Below are positions 14,601-27,000 of a stretch of DNA of 64,000 bases, one piece after another; positions within the stretch are counted from its first letter, which is position 1; each line of letters begins with the position of its first letter. The position numbers were made by a program, and so were the translations under genes. The notes below the pieces were generated by a model. It was not told the DNA's origin. It made no database searches and worked only from the letters and a program-made list of their open reading frames with translations. Source of the DNA: Phoronis australis. Lineage: Eukaryota > Animalia > Phoronida. Where the stretch lies: contig NMRA01000557.1 of the NCBI GenBank assembly GCA_002633005.1, positions 205,679-269,678 on the forward strand, given 5' to 3'.

Positions 14601-15439
14601 TTGGCACTAATTTCCGAAAGTTTCTAATACGGTCAAAAACTTTTGCATTATTTTTAAAGAGAAATTATTTAACTAATCATAATTGGTGTGTTTAAATTTA
14701 AAATGACTCACTGATAGTGAACAAATTCGCACCCTTACACCCCCAATCTTCTGGAAAATAGCTGTTACACTACGGTCACGCATCCACTCACCCGGCGACT
14801 CAATGAGTGACATATTGGTCTTACCCAAACAATTCTCGAACGTTTTTTAGCAGATGAGGCCAGCAAGTGCTAAGCTAAATATTAAATACGCTCTGCTTGA
14901 CTGTTTGAGTTACTTTCTTTGGATACAATGCACACCTAGATCATTACATCGCACTTACTCTGGCAAATGAACTCTGATGACAAGCACGCTTACTCTCGCA
15001 AACACGCATACAAACTTCAAAACAATCGTCACGTGACAACAACACTGTGTTCCTCCAGAGATTTTTCTTGCGTTGTGAACTACAATCTAGCGCAGATTTG
15101 GACTTAATCTGCAGTTAATCCAGACTCCACAAGAACTTGGAAAACTTGAAGAGGATTTCAGGTACTTTGTTGAGTCGAAGCTGTATTCTTATTCAAGAAT
15201 TCGAGCCCTATCGACGATTGCGAGACCGGCAGCTACGCATTTGTCGGCGAGATTTCGCCCTGCAATTTCAGCACAATTTTTTGAAAAATGATTGTAATTT
15301 AACAACGTATTTTGATAGCAATGTACCACAATTTTGTAGAAAATAAATAATAATAGTCTGCACGACCCAGAACAGGTGATTGTGCACAGGCATTATCCTC
15401 AAAATTGCTCATGCTGGCTTGCTTCTGGTCAAGCAAAAA

Positions 15440-15749
15440 TAAGTTTCTTTCACTACCAACCGCCGTGGAGTATTTGTAACTGTTTCTTTCAAGGGAAATA
15501 TTGCTGGGTAGTTTCGAGGATATGTTGTCTTGCCGCCCTCCGCAAAAATAAGCGCTGCATATGTTATGCTACGAAGTCGGAAAGAATTTACTAAGTCGGC
15601 CTTTGCTACCAGCTCTACCGATGTGTCTGACCCATAATTAACGCAGTTCTTGACCCTTGGGAAACAGGTAGCAACTAAATTCTTTATCTCGCTAACTGGA
15701 ATTATAGCAGCCAGGCACACAACACGTATACCCTCCCTGTACTCGCCAT
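15440..15749 (-). pseudogene. THAP zinc-finger transposase N-terminus, decayed
   Basis: [38 protein letters not shown]...HNICSAYF..GG.....YPAIFPLK is a THAP C2CH signature with stops and frameshifts. Confidence 0.75.
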
Positions 15750-18522
15750 ACCGTAAATAGTACGCTTACAATCACCGCCCTTCCTTCTGAGCGGCTTTTA
15801 CTAGGATCAAAGAGAGTGCGGCGCTCTTGTCGGATACTTTTGTGTTGACCGCATTGTCCTGTGCGAGGAAGACACAATTAAGTGTAATTACCCGACCATA
15901 AACTGTCGTAAGCATCACTGCCTGTACATAATGGCGAATTTTCAAAATGCATTAAGAAATATTTTTGTTAAAAACGAATACTACGTTGGTATTCAGCTGG
16001 ATTGTCAAAAATCGATGAACTTAAAAGCTAAAACTTGCAAACATTGGGTACGATTAAAAATAAACGACCACGCTCATTGATACAATCGGGGGATTTACAA
16101 ACGCTGACCAGAGATAACAATATTACATGGATTATTCTATTAATATTCTTTCAATCTCGTTTAACCAGATTTTTGAATAGGAAACAGTTGTATTTAACTT
16201 GTGCCGTTTCTATATTTTCATGGCTGACAAAAAGTTAGAATAATTATGTAATTAGTGCAACCGAAATCGTCCAAAGATTCCAAATTTTCAGATTGGCTAT
16301 CACAATTTGATTTTTTGTATATTCTGTGATTTGAGTTCAAATAAAGATTAAACTTGCATTAATGACACAAGTGGTTTTGTTCGCTGTGAAATGTTTAATG
16401 TAGCTGTAATCTGGAAAGTTCAGGGGTGGGTTCACAATTAGCTAAACTAATTAATTTTCGTTGGCGATCAAACCTACTACTGTTTTTGGTTCTTAAAGTT
16501 TAAAAATAAAACAAAAAGATATCAACCCTTTCCTGGCAAGAAAAAAAACAACATGAGTATTAAAATGAAATACACTGTAACAAAACCGGTATGAAACATA
16601 TTTAATTTAAAGCCATCGTTCCTTTGGGAAGCTGCCATGGTCAAGATAAACACAAATTAATTTTTTAGTCATTTTGTAATATTTAAAATGTACCAAGTTA
16701 AAACTGCTCTCTACAGTAGCAGGCTGTAACTTTGTGCAAATGCCATAGAAAACCAATTTGGGTGTACTAACAACCATCAATTTTGAGACAGTAGTGCTAG
16801 CTATTACCTTCCGACTTCATTAGCTCAGATCTACGTCAATACAAAGGACGAGCTGAATAGTCATCATAAAATTTGTCTGGGCTAAGGGAATCTGAGCCCT
16901 GATCAGAAGTTATACACATGGCGTTAGGCCTACCTACTCCCAAACTTTCAAATCGGGCTTTTTTAACTGAGTGATTACACCTCATCACTTACTCCGATGG
17001 AAATATTTATTCAAAGAATGGCTTGACGTAATATTTCATCTGATAAGTATTTTTATTAAAAATTGCTTACATCGCTGGAAATGGGAACAGCCCACTATTC
17101 CGGAAACGCACACACGTGTACACGCTTGCATGTCAATCCACCTATCCACAATCGAATTGGACACTGGATGAAAAACATACCTGTGTTTGACGAGCACTTT
17201 CAATTCCAAATTTGAAAACACCTGCCCATTACTGTACCATGCTAGCAAGGTTGAGATAACAAATGTACATTGTATTTTCTGCTGTCTTGTTTCTTGATCG
17301 ATTTTAAGGCATTCACACCGCACTATGACTTTTTGGAGCTTTCTCGCTGCTGTATTATTTCTATGCTCCCTTCTTACCCGACGGTGTAACCACAACGTAT
17401 GCTCAATACCGATGAGTAACATAAAGCCTCCGTTTGTCTACACGATCTTGTAATTTACGCAAATACCACTTGGGCGAAGTTGGCCGGGTACGGCTCGATG
17501 ATTACGTGAAGCCCTTTGAATTAGAAGCAAATTCAAAATTATTGCTAACTTAGTTGTACTTAGCAGTACCAGTAGCTGTTACAATTTTGTTGTTGTCCAT
17601 CTGTATCCTATCTTTAACGGACAGGCTGGGGCTGGACCTTTCCGCCGCGGGGGGGGGAGCGGGTGTTCGTTCGAACCCCTAGAACCCCCCCNGGGGGGCT
17701 CGAAGTGGGTAAAAAGGTCCGCCTCAGAGAAAAAAAATAATCATAGAAAACGAGACAAAATTCCACTAAAAAGGCGCAAACGCAGAGTTCGCAGACCTGA
17801 AGGTGGTACCCCGTTTTTTACTCATCCCGTTTTTTGTTAGCAAAAAGTTCACTTTGCCACAGATTCGAGCACCTCATATTAAAGGCTGGGTGCGGCAGTA
17901 TTTCTTCAAGTTGGAAGGAAATAAACACATCGACGACCTCCTAAGGTATCCTTCTATGCGCAAAAGGTATGTACAGTAATGTGACTTCGGTGTTTAGTCA
18001 GTGCGAGGCATAATTTCCCGAAAAGCTTCCGGCGTATGAAGCGGGGCTCCATCGTCTCTACCGGCGGTCATCGTCTATGTATTTGTAAGGGTTTTGAATC
18101 AAATTTTGATGATTTATTGATCTAAAGTGATAAATGTAAGCGATAAACTGACACTAGTGAGCGTCTTGTGAACTGCTGAACATACTGTGTTAGAACTTAT
18201 GTCTTCATCGGTTGACATCCGTCTGTCATCTGTTGTCGGGTAACTGAACTTGCTGTTATCGAGTGGATCTAAATTAATGCTGAAATTTCTAATACATTGA
18301 TGGTTTTTGTAATGTACACATCTGTTAAGATATTTGTTCAGTACATGCAGTATATAGGTTTGCATATGATTTCCACTTTCAAATCAGTTTTTCATGTCAG
18401 TGTCCAGCATTGTGCCACGTTGTATCATTCAGATCGTGAACGTTATCCACGATGAATTGGTGAAATCGTTCTTCAGGATCAAACTTCTCCATTTTCTTGA
18501 GGATATTGCGTACTATATTGCA

Positions 18523-19091
18523 GAAACTAAAGGCACATTGGAGTGTCCATTCATTGAAGCCATGAACCGAAGTGAAATGAGGGAGATGGCTTCAGGTAAG
18601 GTCACCTGTCAAAACTTTGCATGTACTTCTAAGTGCGCTCTAGACAAGCCCCACTGTTCTAGGTGACTCAAAACAATGACGGATTTACAATATCCAGACG
18701 AGTAAATCAACCTTGCATCTGAGAGACTAACCGTAGAAACAATAGAACTTAACTCGGTGTAACTGTGTAAAATATAAAAAGGCTTCCTCTAAATCGCTGT
18801 CCGTTAATTTTATTTGTTGAAAACGATAACACAGATTGGCTTCAACGAATTTTCTTCCTTTCAAGGGACGGTCAACTTGAGTCATTTTGACGTGTCAACT
18901 ATGCAGTTTGTTCTTGAGTACATGTACACTGGGCACTGGGAATTGGGCAATCAATGCAGGGAGAGCGTCATCGAACTCGCCGACTTCCTGTTGCTTCAAG
19001 ATCTGAAAACATACCTGGAGGACGGTAAACCGCCTCCGAATACATTAGACGTGATGAAAGTTGGTTGGGGGCTGAGCGTGGTCCAGCTTAA
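18523..19091 (+). pseudogene. BTB/POZ(-BACK) domain gene, 5' part, interrupted by the Kolobok insertion
   Basis: CPFIEAMNRSEMREMASG|gtaag (18595) splices in phase 1 to ttcaag|GG (18866) TVNLSHFDVSTMQFVLEYMYTG...VIELADFLLLQDLK, which are typical BTB motifs. The frame is cut at TTAA 19088-19091. Confidence 0.8.
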
Positions 19092-19326
19092 AGAGGAAAT
19101 TGCAAGGTCCAAACCAATCTGAACAACAATATGGTCTAAATTCTAGTTTATAATTATCATTGCTATATTCTTAACATTAACTGAATTGTACGCCGCTATA
19201 CAAAGTTATTTGCATATTTAGTGCCGTGGTGTTGTAACGACATCGTTGTAACGGAGAATAGAAACGGCGCCATTTTCGTTCGTTGCACATCTGTGACGTG
19301 GTGTTGGGGAACACAAAGGAAGCAAT

Positions 19327-21277
19327 ATGTGTCCAAGTGAGTACAGCAGCGTAGATGAGGAATACTTTGAACGATACAGGGACGGACAGGTGGACTTTTC
19401 AGATGATTCCGACCTTTCGGACGTGGAGGTTGAGGTGACAGATCCCAGAGGAACAATATGTGTTCACAGCTTTTCTGTAGTGGAGCCGTTCTCCCTCGAT
19501 CACTTTCACGACCCTTTCTCTGGTCGCCGAAGACTCACTCCCAGCGGGTTCGTCCTGTGAACGTCAACAGGCTGAAGGTGCGCAGGAGTTGCGATTAGAT
19601 GTTAGTGATTGGTAAGAATATTATCAATATGTATCCTACAACCGCGAATTATAACTTGGTCTTTTTTAATTCAAAAGTAGTTGCTTTACCAGTCAGTCCC
19701 AGGCGCCCCATATCCCCATTGATGAATCGTGTTTCAGCCGTGGATAAATACCAGTTTCAGTGATAAAACTGGGATTTTTTGCATTTTAGCAAGTCACTCA
19801 AAAAGTGTTAGGTCTCTGATTATTTGTAGACAGTGTGGCTCAGTGGTTTGAGCTCGTGAGACTCAGGTTCGAATCTTGGGTTTCACTGGCATGCAATTGA
19901 GCATTGAACAAAATTGTCTCTTACTTCTCCGAGACTGAGTGGGGTGTTACTAGTGAGTGAATAATTGTATGCAAGGGAATGAATGAGAACCACTTTGGAA
20001 TAATCGACTGTGAATTGTAAAGAAGAGGATGAAAGAATTGCAATTTTATAATTTAGACTTTCTCACCTTGGTGCTGGGGGAGGGCATAATTCTATAGGTT
20101 ATAGAACAAGTCATTTCATTTTCGTACTCAAGTCAACTCGGACCTATATCAATCTATACATGTGTTCCAAAACAGTTTTATTTTGTAAGGCGATGCTTGA
20201 AATGGAAACAACCATTTCATGTCGATGTACATTGACCCAATGTTGCCATTATTTATAAATGAAATATGGTACATGGCTTGGTTACGAGTCGACTTGGGTA
20301 GGAACCGCCTGGTAAAGTTTCTATAGAGTAAAGAGAGCATACCATTGGATTGGTGATTGCCCATATAGCATATCAAGAAGTTTTAATGTATACTGTAATA
20401 TTTAAAATATGGGCGACCCTTTGAGTGGCAACACTGCTTTTCAAGTTGGTTTGCCCCATTGTCATTGTCTAGTTTGACTAATGGTATGTGAGTGCCGATA
20501 GGATTCAGATTGGGAGAACAGGTCTCACGACTACTTACAAAACAGTCCCCTCCATCAATGAATCAGGGCAACTACCTTTTGTCTTAGGGTCAGCTAAAAA
20601 ATCAAACAACTAATGTCCATTACTATATCCCCTGGGCATGATCTACCACAGCCTTGGGTGTAGCACTATTCATTTGTATGAAAACTAAATATCTTTACTA
20701 TATATGATCAATTTGTACAAAAAATAAATAGGTTGTGATGTTCCAACCAATTTTCCTGAAAACTGAGGTCGTATGCAGACCCCTCAATTTGGTAGAGGCA
20801 CTCTTGGTAAATTTTTCAATTCGAAATTTTGATGTTTACTGAAATAATGTATTATTGTTGACACATCTTGCAGGTGCACCTGGGGCAACTGTCAGACAAC
20901 CTCAGTTGTTGAAGAAAGAGTATTTTGCCAAGAGGTTGACAAGGTTGTTGCAAAACTTGATGAAGAAATGAAGCGTGACAACTAACACAGAAGAAAAAAT
21001 GTATTGTTGGGCATGGGGGTTTAAACCTGTATACATCAATCGTGGTGTTTTGGAGACTGCATGGTTGCAGTACAAAAGCCAATATCCTGATGGCTATGAC
21101 AGACCCTTGGATAAAAGGATTTGACACGTGGCCTGCAGACAGTTCCAAAGATGGGTACACGGTCACTTAGAACAAACAGTCCGTGTTGTCATTCCAACAT
21201 GCGCAGTATCCTGCATCAGAGCTTTCTAACCTCCGCCAGGAAATGAGGAAGACTTTGAGTTCCAAGGATTTTCTTAA
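19327..21277 (+). pseudogene. KolX-like accessory gene (P2X7 C-terminal 'ballast' Cys-rich domain); exons 19327-19611 and 20874-21277
   Basis: Acidic N-terminus ...RLDVSDW|gtaag splices to cag|G: CTWGNCQ...EERVFCQEV...CIVGHGGF.PVYINRGVLETAWLQY...HVACRQFQRWVHGHL...RVVIPTCAVSCIRAF*P...FQGF*. This is the P2X7-ballast/KolX motif series, with stops and frameshifts. Confidence 0.8.
19830..19885 (+). mobile_element. tRNA-derived SINE head inside the KolX intron
   Basis: A box TGGCTCAGTGG and B box GGTTCGAATC with a short spacer. Confidence 0.55.
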
Positions 21278-21827
21278 AAGTTTCACCCATTTATAGATAT
21301 CAACAGTTGTCTTAGCCCTGGAATGCCAACTCCTCCACATGACCTATGTATTCTGTTATAAAAACTTGTGACTCGGGGACTAGTTTTATGTAATTCAAAC
21401 GAGTTGCAAAAAGTTGTAGTGACAAATTCCATAGAAATATCAAACGTAACAAACGAATGCAATCGGAGTGCAACCTCAGCGGCATAAAATTGAAGTAGGC
21501 ATTCCATGAATAGACTTCTGTGGTTTCAGAATGGTAAATAATTAACACAGCGAGCAGCATTTATTGATGCTCATCAATCTGGTTACTTATAATAACATGG
21601 TCATGACAAGTGTAAATTAACTAGGACTACATTATAAACCTCTAAACTCAACATCAGTTGAACTTATGGTTTACCTAGGTAAACAGAGGAATTGGTCTCA
21701 TTGGAGTCCAGTTTGTGTGCTTGAAGCGAACACATTGAACAGTATGGCTGTTACATAAAAAATTTAAAAGTTTTGAATCTGGGCCATAGTCTGAAGTCGA
21801 GACTGAATCTTCTGCCCTCTTCTTATA

Positions 21828-21967
21828 CAGTAGAACTCTCTAAATTGGTAGCGCTTCAGTGGGAACTTTAGAAAGGTTATCATTAATTCCGCAGTAACGC
21901 CTCCAAATAACTCTAACTTTGATGAAATATCTCAGTCTCACTGGATACAACTTAGCGAGTTCTACTG
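21828..21967. mobile_element. Tc1/mariner-pogo-type MITE (140 bp)
   Basis: TA|CAGTAGAACTCTCTAAATTG ... CAACTTAGCGAGTTCTACTG|TA: a 20-bp TIR with 2 mismatches and a TA TSD. Confidence 0.85.
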
Positions 21968-23280
21968 TAATTCAATGAGAAATCAAATAACACGACACAG
22001 CAACCACTGAATCTCAACCCAAAAGCTCCAGTATGCAATAGCTTTAGATGTCTATGACATGGTGTGAAAACACAAAAAGTATGCACCTGAGTAGGAACTG
22101 GGAAATCTGGAGGGAGTGCTTATACCACTCACTCAAAAATTCCCAAGACAATGTTCGAATTCTGTGCAAGTGATTATTCTGTGTACAACTTAGATGAGAT
22201 TGTCGCACGAAAAGACTGACGACCCAAACAAGTACCTTTTCACCCCCACTTAAGAAAGTCTTCCTTTACCGACCCACTGTATGGGACAGCAACAGTTTAG
22301 TGCAAATCAAACATACTTAAAAAAGCTATGCCGCAATATTCATAGTCATTGTATTGAAGAACCATTGAAATGTTTCCAGGCGAGGATCCAGGATTTTGAG
22401 TTAGGGGAGCCAGGGCACGGTATTAGCCAGGATTTTGCCCGTCAGACATTCGCACCACCAAACAGTCAAATGGAATCTGGGAGAATTTTAGGGGGGGCAT
22501 GGCCCCCTCTAAATCTGCCACTAGTTTCAATATAAGAACATAGTATATCACTGGGTTTATCTATACAAATGGGGCAGCCAAATACCACGCACAAAAGCTT
22601 TTCACAATTTCCACTACTGGTACTATAAACACTCTGGCATTGCTATTTGTACCACTATCAAAAATTGGATCTAAAACATTGGTAGTGACTGTTAAATATG
22701 TGACGGAAAGAAATTCCAGTGCTGTCCATTGACAAAGCACCAAGTCTGAATTTATCTGTGCCACGGCATCCTCCTTGGACACATCTGGAGCACCAGCAGT
22801 CGGCATTGGAGGGGCATCAATTTCTAAGCGAATTTCAAGATTTCCAGCTTCTCTTTTGTTCAAAAGTAAAAAAAATATTTTGAATCCAGAGTTGTCCATG
22901 ATTAAAGTAAAACACGATGATATCTAATTGCAAGTTTTCGCCTTCTTTTATAACCTTCAAGCAAATGCCAAAACTAGATTTTAATCCTGTTTTTTTTGAA
23001 ACAGACTACTTTAATAATCAAAACCTTGGAATTGAGCTACCATCCTGTTTTACTTTATTCATAGTCTGCATTCTTTTCAAAATACATGCATCTTTTGAGA
23101 TCAGCTTTATTTGTTATGGCTTTTAGTTTTACTGATCGATTTATAACTAAATCTTTCACGGAAAAACAACAGATTTTAAACACTTGAGAACTACGGTGAT
23201 TGTGAAAAAAGATTGTTATTGTTCAGGCCCTGCGAAAGCGTCATGAATTATTAGATATCAAAATTCTCAAGGTAACTTAC

Positions 23281-23526
23281 CTTTTTATAAGACCAGCTTC
23301 AACCTTCATGATGTGTTTGTCGTCAAAGCAGCCGTTCTCAAAATGGTCGGAGCATATTTGGGCTCCGACAGATGGCTGACTCGACAGTCATTTTCAAAAG
23401 ACGAGCAGAGCACACGAAAACCTGCCATTACGCAGCCAGATGCTTGTCTTTTTAGAATTTAAATGGGCTCATGCCTTCCACCTGGGTGGTGTTAAAATAG
23501 TTAGCACACACACACCGATGCACCAT
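23281..23526 (-). pseudogene. Kolobok THAP-domain transposase exon 1 (decayed); probable exon 2 near 22850-22700
   Basis: MVHRCVCANYFNT...PFKF*KDKHLAA*WQVFV...AQICSDHFENGCFD...KR|gtaagt; the downstream RLEIDAPPMPT resembles the THAP RLK.DAVPT tail. Confidence 0.75.
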
Positions 23527-23795
23527 GGCTAAAACACGCCAAGGTTGAACGGTCTTTGTTCTTCGTGTACTGCGATATAATAGCAGTGAACTGCATTGTG
23601 GGATATGATCTGGTTTGTGTTCCCCAACACCATGTCACGGTGTCAAAGGTCAACTTTTCGCGCATTTTCTTATTTTCGCTTTTTTTAAATAACTAAAGAT
23701 ACAATAATACGATGATTTGAATAAAATACATCCAAATAGCAATACCTTGAAGATATTATTGCAATTTAACATACTTGCACCTTGCAAATTACACT

Positions 23796-23995
23796 TTAAG
23801 ACTTCGATCGATAAGAAGTGGCTAAAGAACCTAATAAGTGCTCTGTGGAAGCAATGCTTGGATAGCGCCCCGTGCTGTGATGTCATCATCGAGGCCGCCA
23901 ACGCGTGGATAAGCTTGCTTAAAATCACCATTCACCTTGTTTTGATAAGCGACTACACTGCCATCATTATTAAACCTTTTTATAGCATTGGCTAA
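23796..23995 (+). pseudogene. BTB-BACK gene, 3' continuation after the Kolobok insertion
   Basis: Joining at the TTAA gives ...GLSVVQL-KTSIDKKWLKNL...DVIIEAANAWISLLKITIHLVLI in frame (BACK-like). Confidence 0.65.
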
Positions 23996-24086
23996 CACAG
24001 TAGTGAACTCAATATCCCAAAACGAAGAAAAACAACTTCATTTGAAAGTTTCTTAGCTCCACGGACGTGACTCACGTATGGACGTA

Positions 24087-27000
24087 CAGCACAAAACACG
24101 AATTTTTGTCCGCCCGGTCGGAAATTGGTCGGCGACTAGCCGTCGACCGGTCGGCAAATTAGCCGACCGGCAGCCGCCCGCAGTGCCGACTCATAAGGCG
24201 ACTCCCCAGCCGACCGTTCAGCCGACCGTTCAGCCGACCGGCCATCAGCCGACCAGCTGGTCGGCTGCTATTTTTAGGCTAGAGTAGCAGTTGCGTAATA
24301 GGCTGTCAGGCTGATGCCACTTTGCGTGTCGATGCATATTCGTCTTAGCACAGGGTCAAATAAATTAACCTAGTTTTACTGTCTCGGTTACATGAGTTCA
24401 CGTCGGTAATTCGAAGGTTGAAGGCAAGCGGTACTAGTAAACATTGGATTATGGACAATGCAACAAGTTTTGCATGAAAAATGTGAAAGTTTTCTTTACA
24501 TTTGATCTTTAATTTGACTCGTGACGTTAACAAGATGTATTAGATTGGTTGCTTCCCGGTCAATACAACGCTGTAATCATTTTGTAAACGCAGCTATTTT
24601 TACAGTCTTCGCCCGCAATTGATTTTGTTTGTGTAACGCCAAACTGCATCATTTTGCGTTTTTTAAGTTAGTCACCGGTCTCCTATCACGCGCTCATGAT
24701 GACAGATTAGTGAGTGAGTTGTTACACAGCGAAGAGCTCTCACTCCGGGGATTTCATTTTCATAGTATTGACCCTTGCAGTACAGACGCAAAATTCACGG
24801 TCCAGTATGACCTAAACCCACGGACATCGATGGCTCTAGCTTCGAAATCATATTATGGTTACGATTTCCACGAACTAAGACGGTGAAATCACCACTGTTG
24901 AGGCTGCAGGCAATTGTAGCTTTGCGCATTCTGTTTTCATGTATCGGTGACGTTAAAATCCGGGCTAGCAGTTACATGTACACACGTAGTCCCCTATCAG
25001 TTGGTCGTTCACGTTGTTCCAAAAATAAGTATTTTCTGTGAACAACATATTGACAAATCATGCAAAATAAAATAATTGTGAACGGGAAGATGTGAATACG
25101 TGATGAAGAAGTATTCACTACGCGGCATATGTGCGCGAACCTCTGACGGTAAAGCGATTGCGATGGCAAAACATGATAGAAAATACACAAAGGTGCGGAG
25201 AAGCAAAGCGTCGGGTGATATTGATAGCGTATGATCTGGCCACCTTAGGTAGAATGAGAAGTGGCAACTACAAAATAAAAATAAAAAATAAATAAATCAT
25301 GCTTGTATATATATCGCCACCCCCCCTCCCCGAGTTTTGCACATTCTAATGAGTCACCACTCGAGATTTGGTTCCATTTCAGTCCTAAAATCGCGGAATA
25401 ATTCTTCTGTTCTCAGCTCTAAGAAAAAATACTATTTTTTGAAAGGGTGCTCAGTCTTAAAAAAGTTTCCAGCATGAAATGAAATGCCAAGTACACGCAG
25501 CGTTGTAAGACAGAGACGTTGACGTTTCCGTATGTCCACAAAAGTGCTTTGAGCACTGTAGAAATTTGTTCATTTCGCTTTTCTACACTGACGACTATGG
25601 TCAACTCGGTGTTTTAAAAAGTACACTTTTGAAGGCATTTTCAAAAATAAATGTTTGGTTGATGAATTCAGCGAGTCGGTGTCCACTGGCAGAAAACGGT
25701 ATCTGCGTAAAGAAAGAGTTGCGTTTTCAGAACATTCAGAACATGAGCTCAAGGACTACCTGAGACTGGTATTCTTGTCCAATGAATACATAGATCTTGG
25801 AAAACTGTTACGCCGAAGAAATTTGCAAAATACGAACGTCATTTACGGAAGGTTGTACTAGAAGTGATTCGTTGCAGTGGAGCAGCCACGGGATAGTAAA
25901 AACACTGTATTGTACCCTAGTAAGCTGAATGGAAAGCTGAAGCGAAAACATCCAGAACACACATTGTCTATTCAGGAATTGAAATCTCTGTAGAATCAAA
26001 AACAATTGGCAACCAGGATTCATTGTGTCAGAAAACTTATCACGCCAGGAGAAAGAGTTGTTTTCAAGCCCGGAGGCTACGTGATCACCCATTATGCAAT
26101 GGTGACAATCCAGTGTACCTATCCATTGGCATCTATTGTAAAACGTGGATTAGACAAAAGAAATTCAACCGCATTTCCAAGATAATAGGTCTGTTGTCGG
26201 CGAGAGGTTGAACATATAGCCCTTGTTTATATGTATACATGTAGTACGGACATTATCACTTTGAAAGATCCATGCTTGGGGATGGTGACGTGGTGTTCTG
26301 GCGTGAAAGTTACTGACAAGGTAAGTTTTTGAAACTGACTTATTAAATTTTCAGTTTGGTCATATTTTATTTTGATCATGAAGTGAAGAATTTTTGGTCC
26401 TCACTTGATAAATTATAGGTGCTGATGTGATAAATTTTCAGCCTTGACGTGGTGAATTTTGGTCGTTATTTGCTCTGTGGTCTTCTGTGTGAAAACAATC
26501 TCAATGTATTGGATTGTTTTAATTCCTGCTTAAGTAAAATTTCTGGTTTTGAGATATTTATTTTTAGTCCTGGAGAGTTTCACATGTTTTGCTTGGTTTT
26601 AATCTTGCATAGAAAAGATATGTCGTTAAATGTTTCAAATTAGGCCTCCCATAAATGGGGGGAGAGCAGGTTGTGTAGTATCGTACTATGTAACTTCTTA
26701 TATAAATCTAGGTGTTCGTGATTTAGTAATACTATGAAAAATGAGTAGTTATGACTATGAAAAATGAGTGGTTGAGGTTTCTTTTGAAATACTGTATCCT
26801 TTGTATATGCCTGGTGTAGATGGCTCAGTGTGATATTATTTAAGCTTTATTATCCTCTATGGCTTAACAACTATATATCTTCATTCATGCCTGTAATAGA
26901 GGTACACCCAGGATCAACAAGCACGTGTATGTTTTTATTCTAATGAGGCGTGCTTCGAATGTACAATAAGTAATCATACTGTTACAGTGGTTCATAACAA

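Larger units (their letters stand above)
19092..23795. mobile_element. Kolobok-superfamily DNA transposon (decayed)
   Basis: TTAA TSD at 19088-19091 and 23796-23799; TIR AGAGGAAATTGCAAGGT vs reverse-complemented AGTGTAATTTGCAAGGT (14/17); convergent THAP and KolX-like genes; removing it restores the BTB-BACK frame. Confidence 0.88.
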
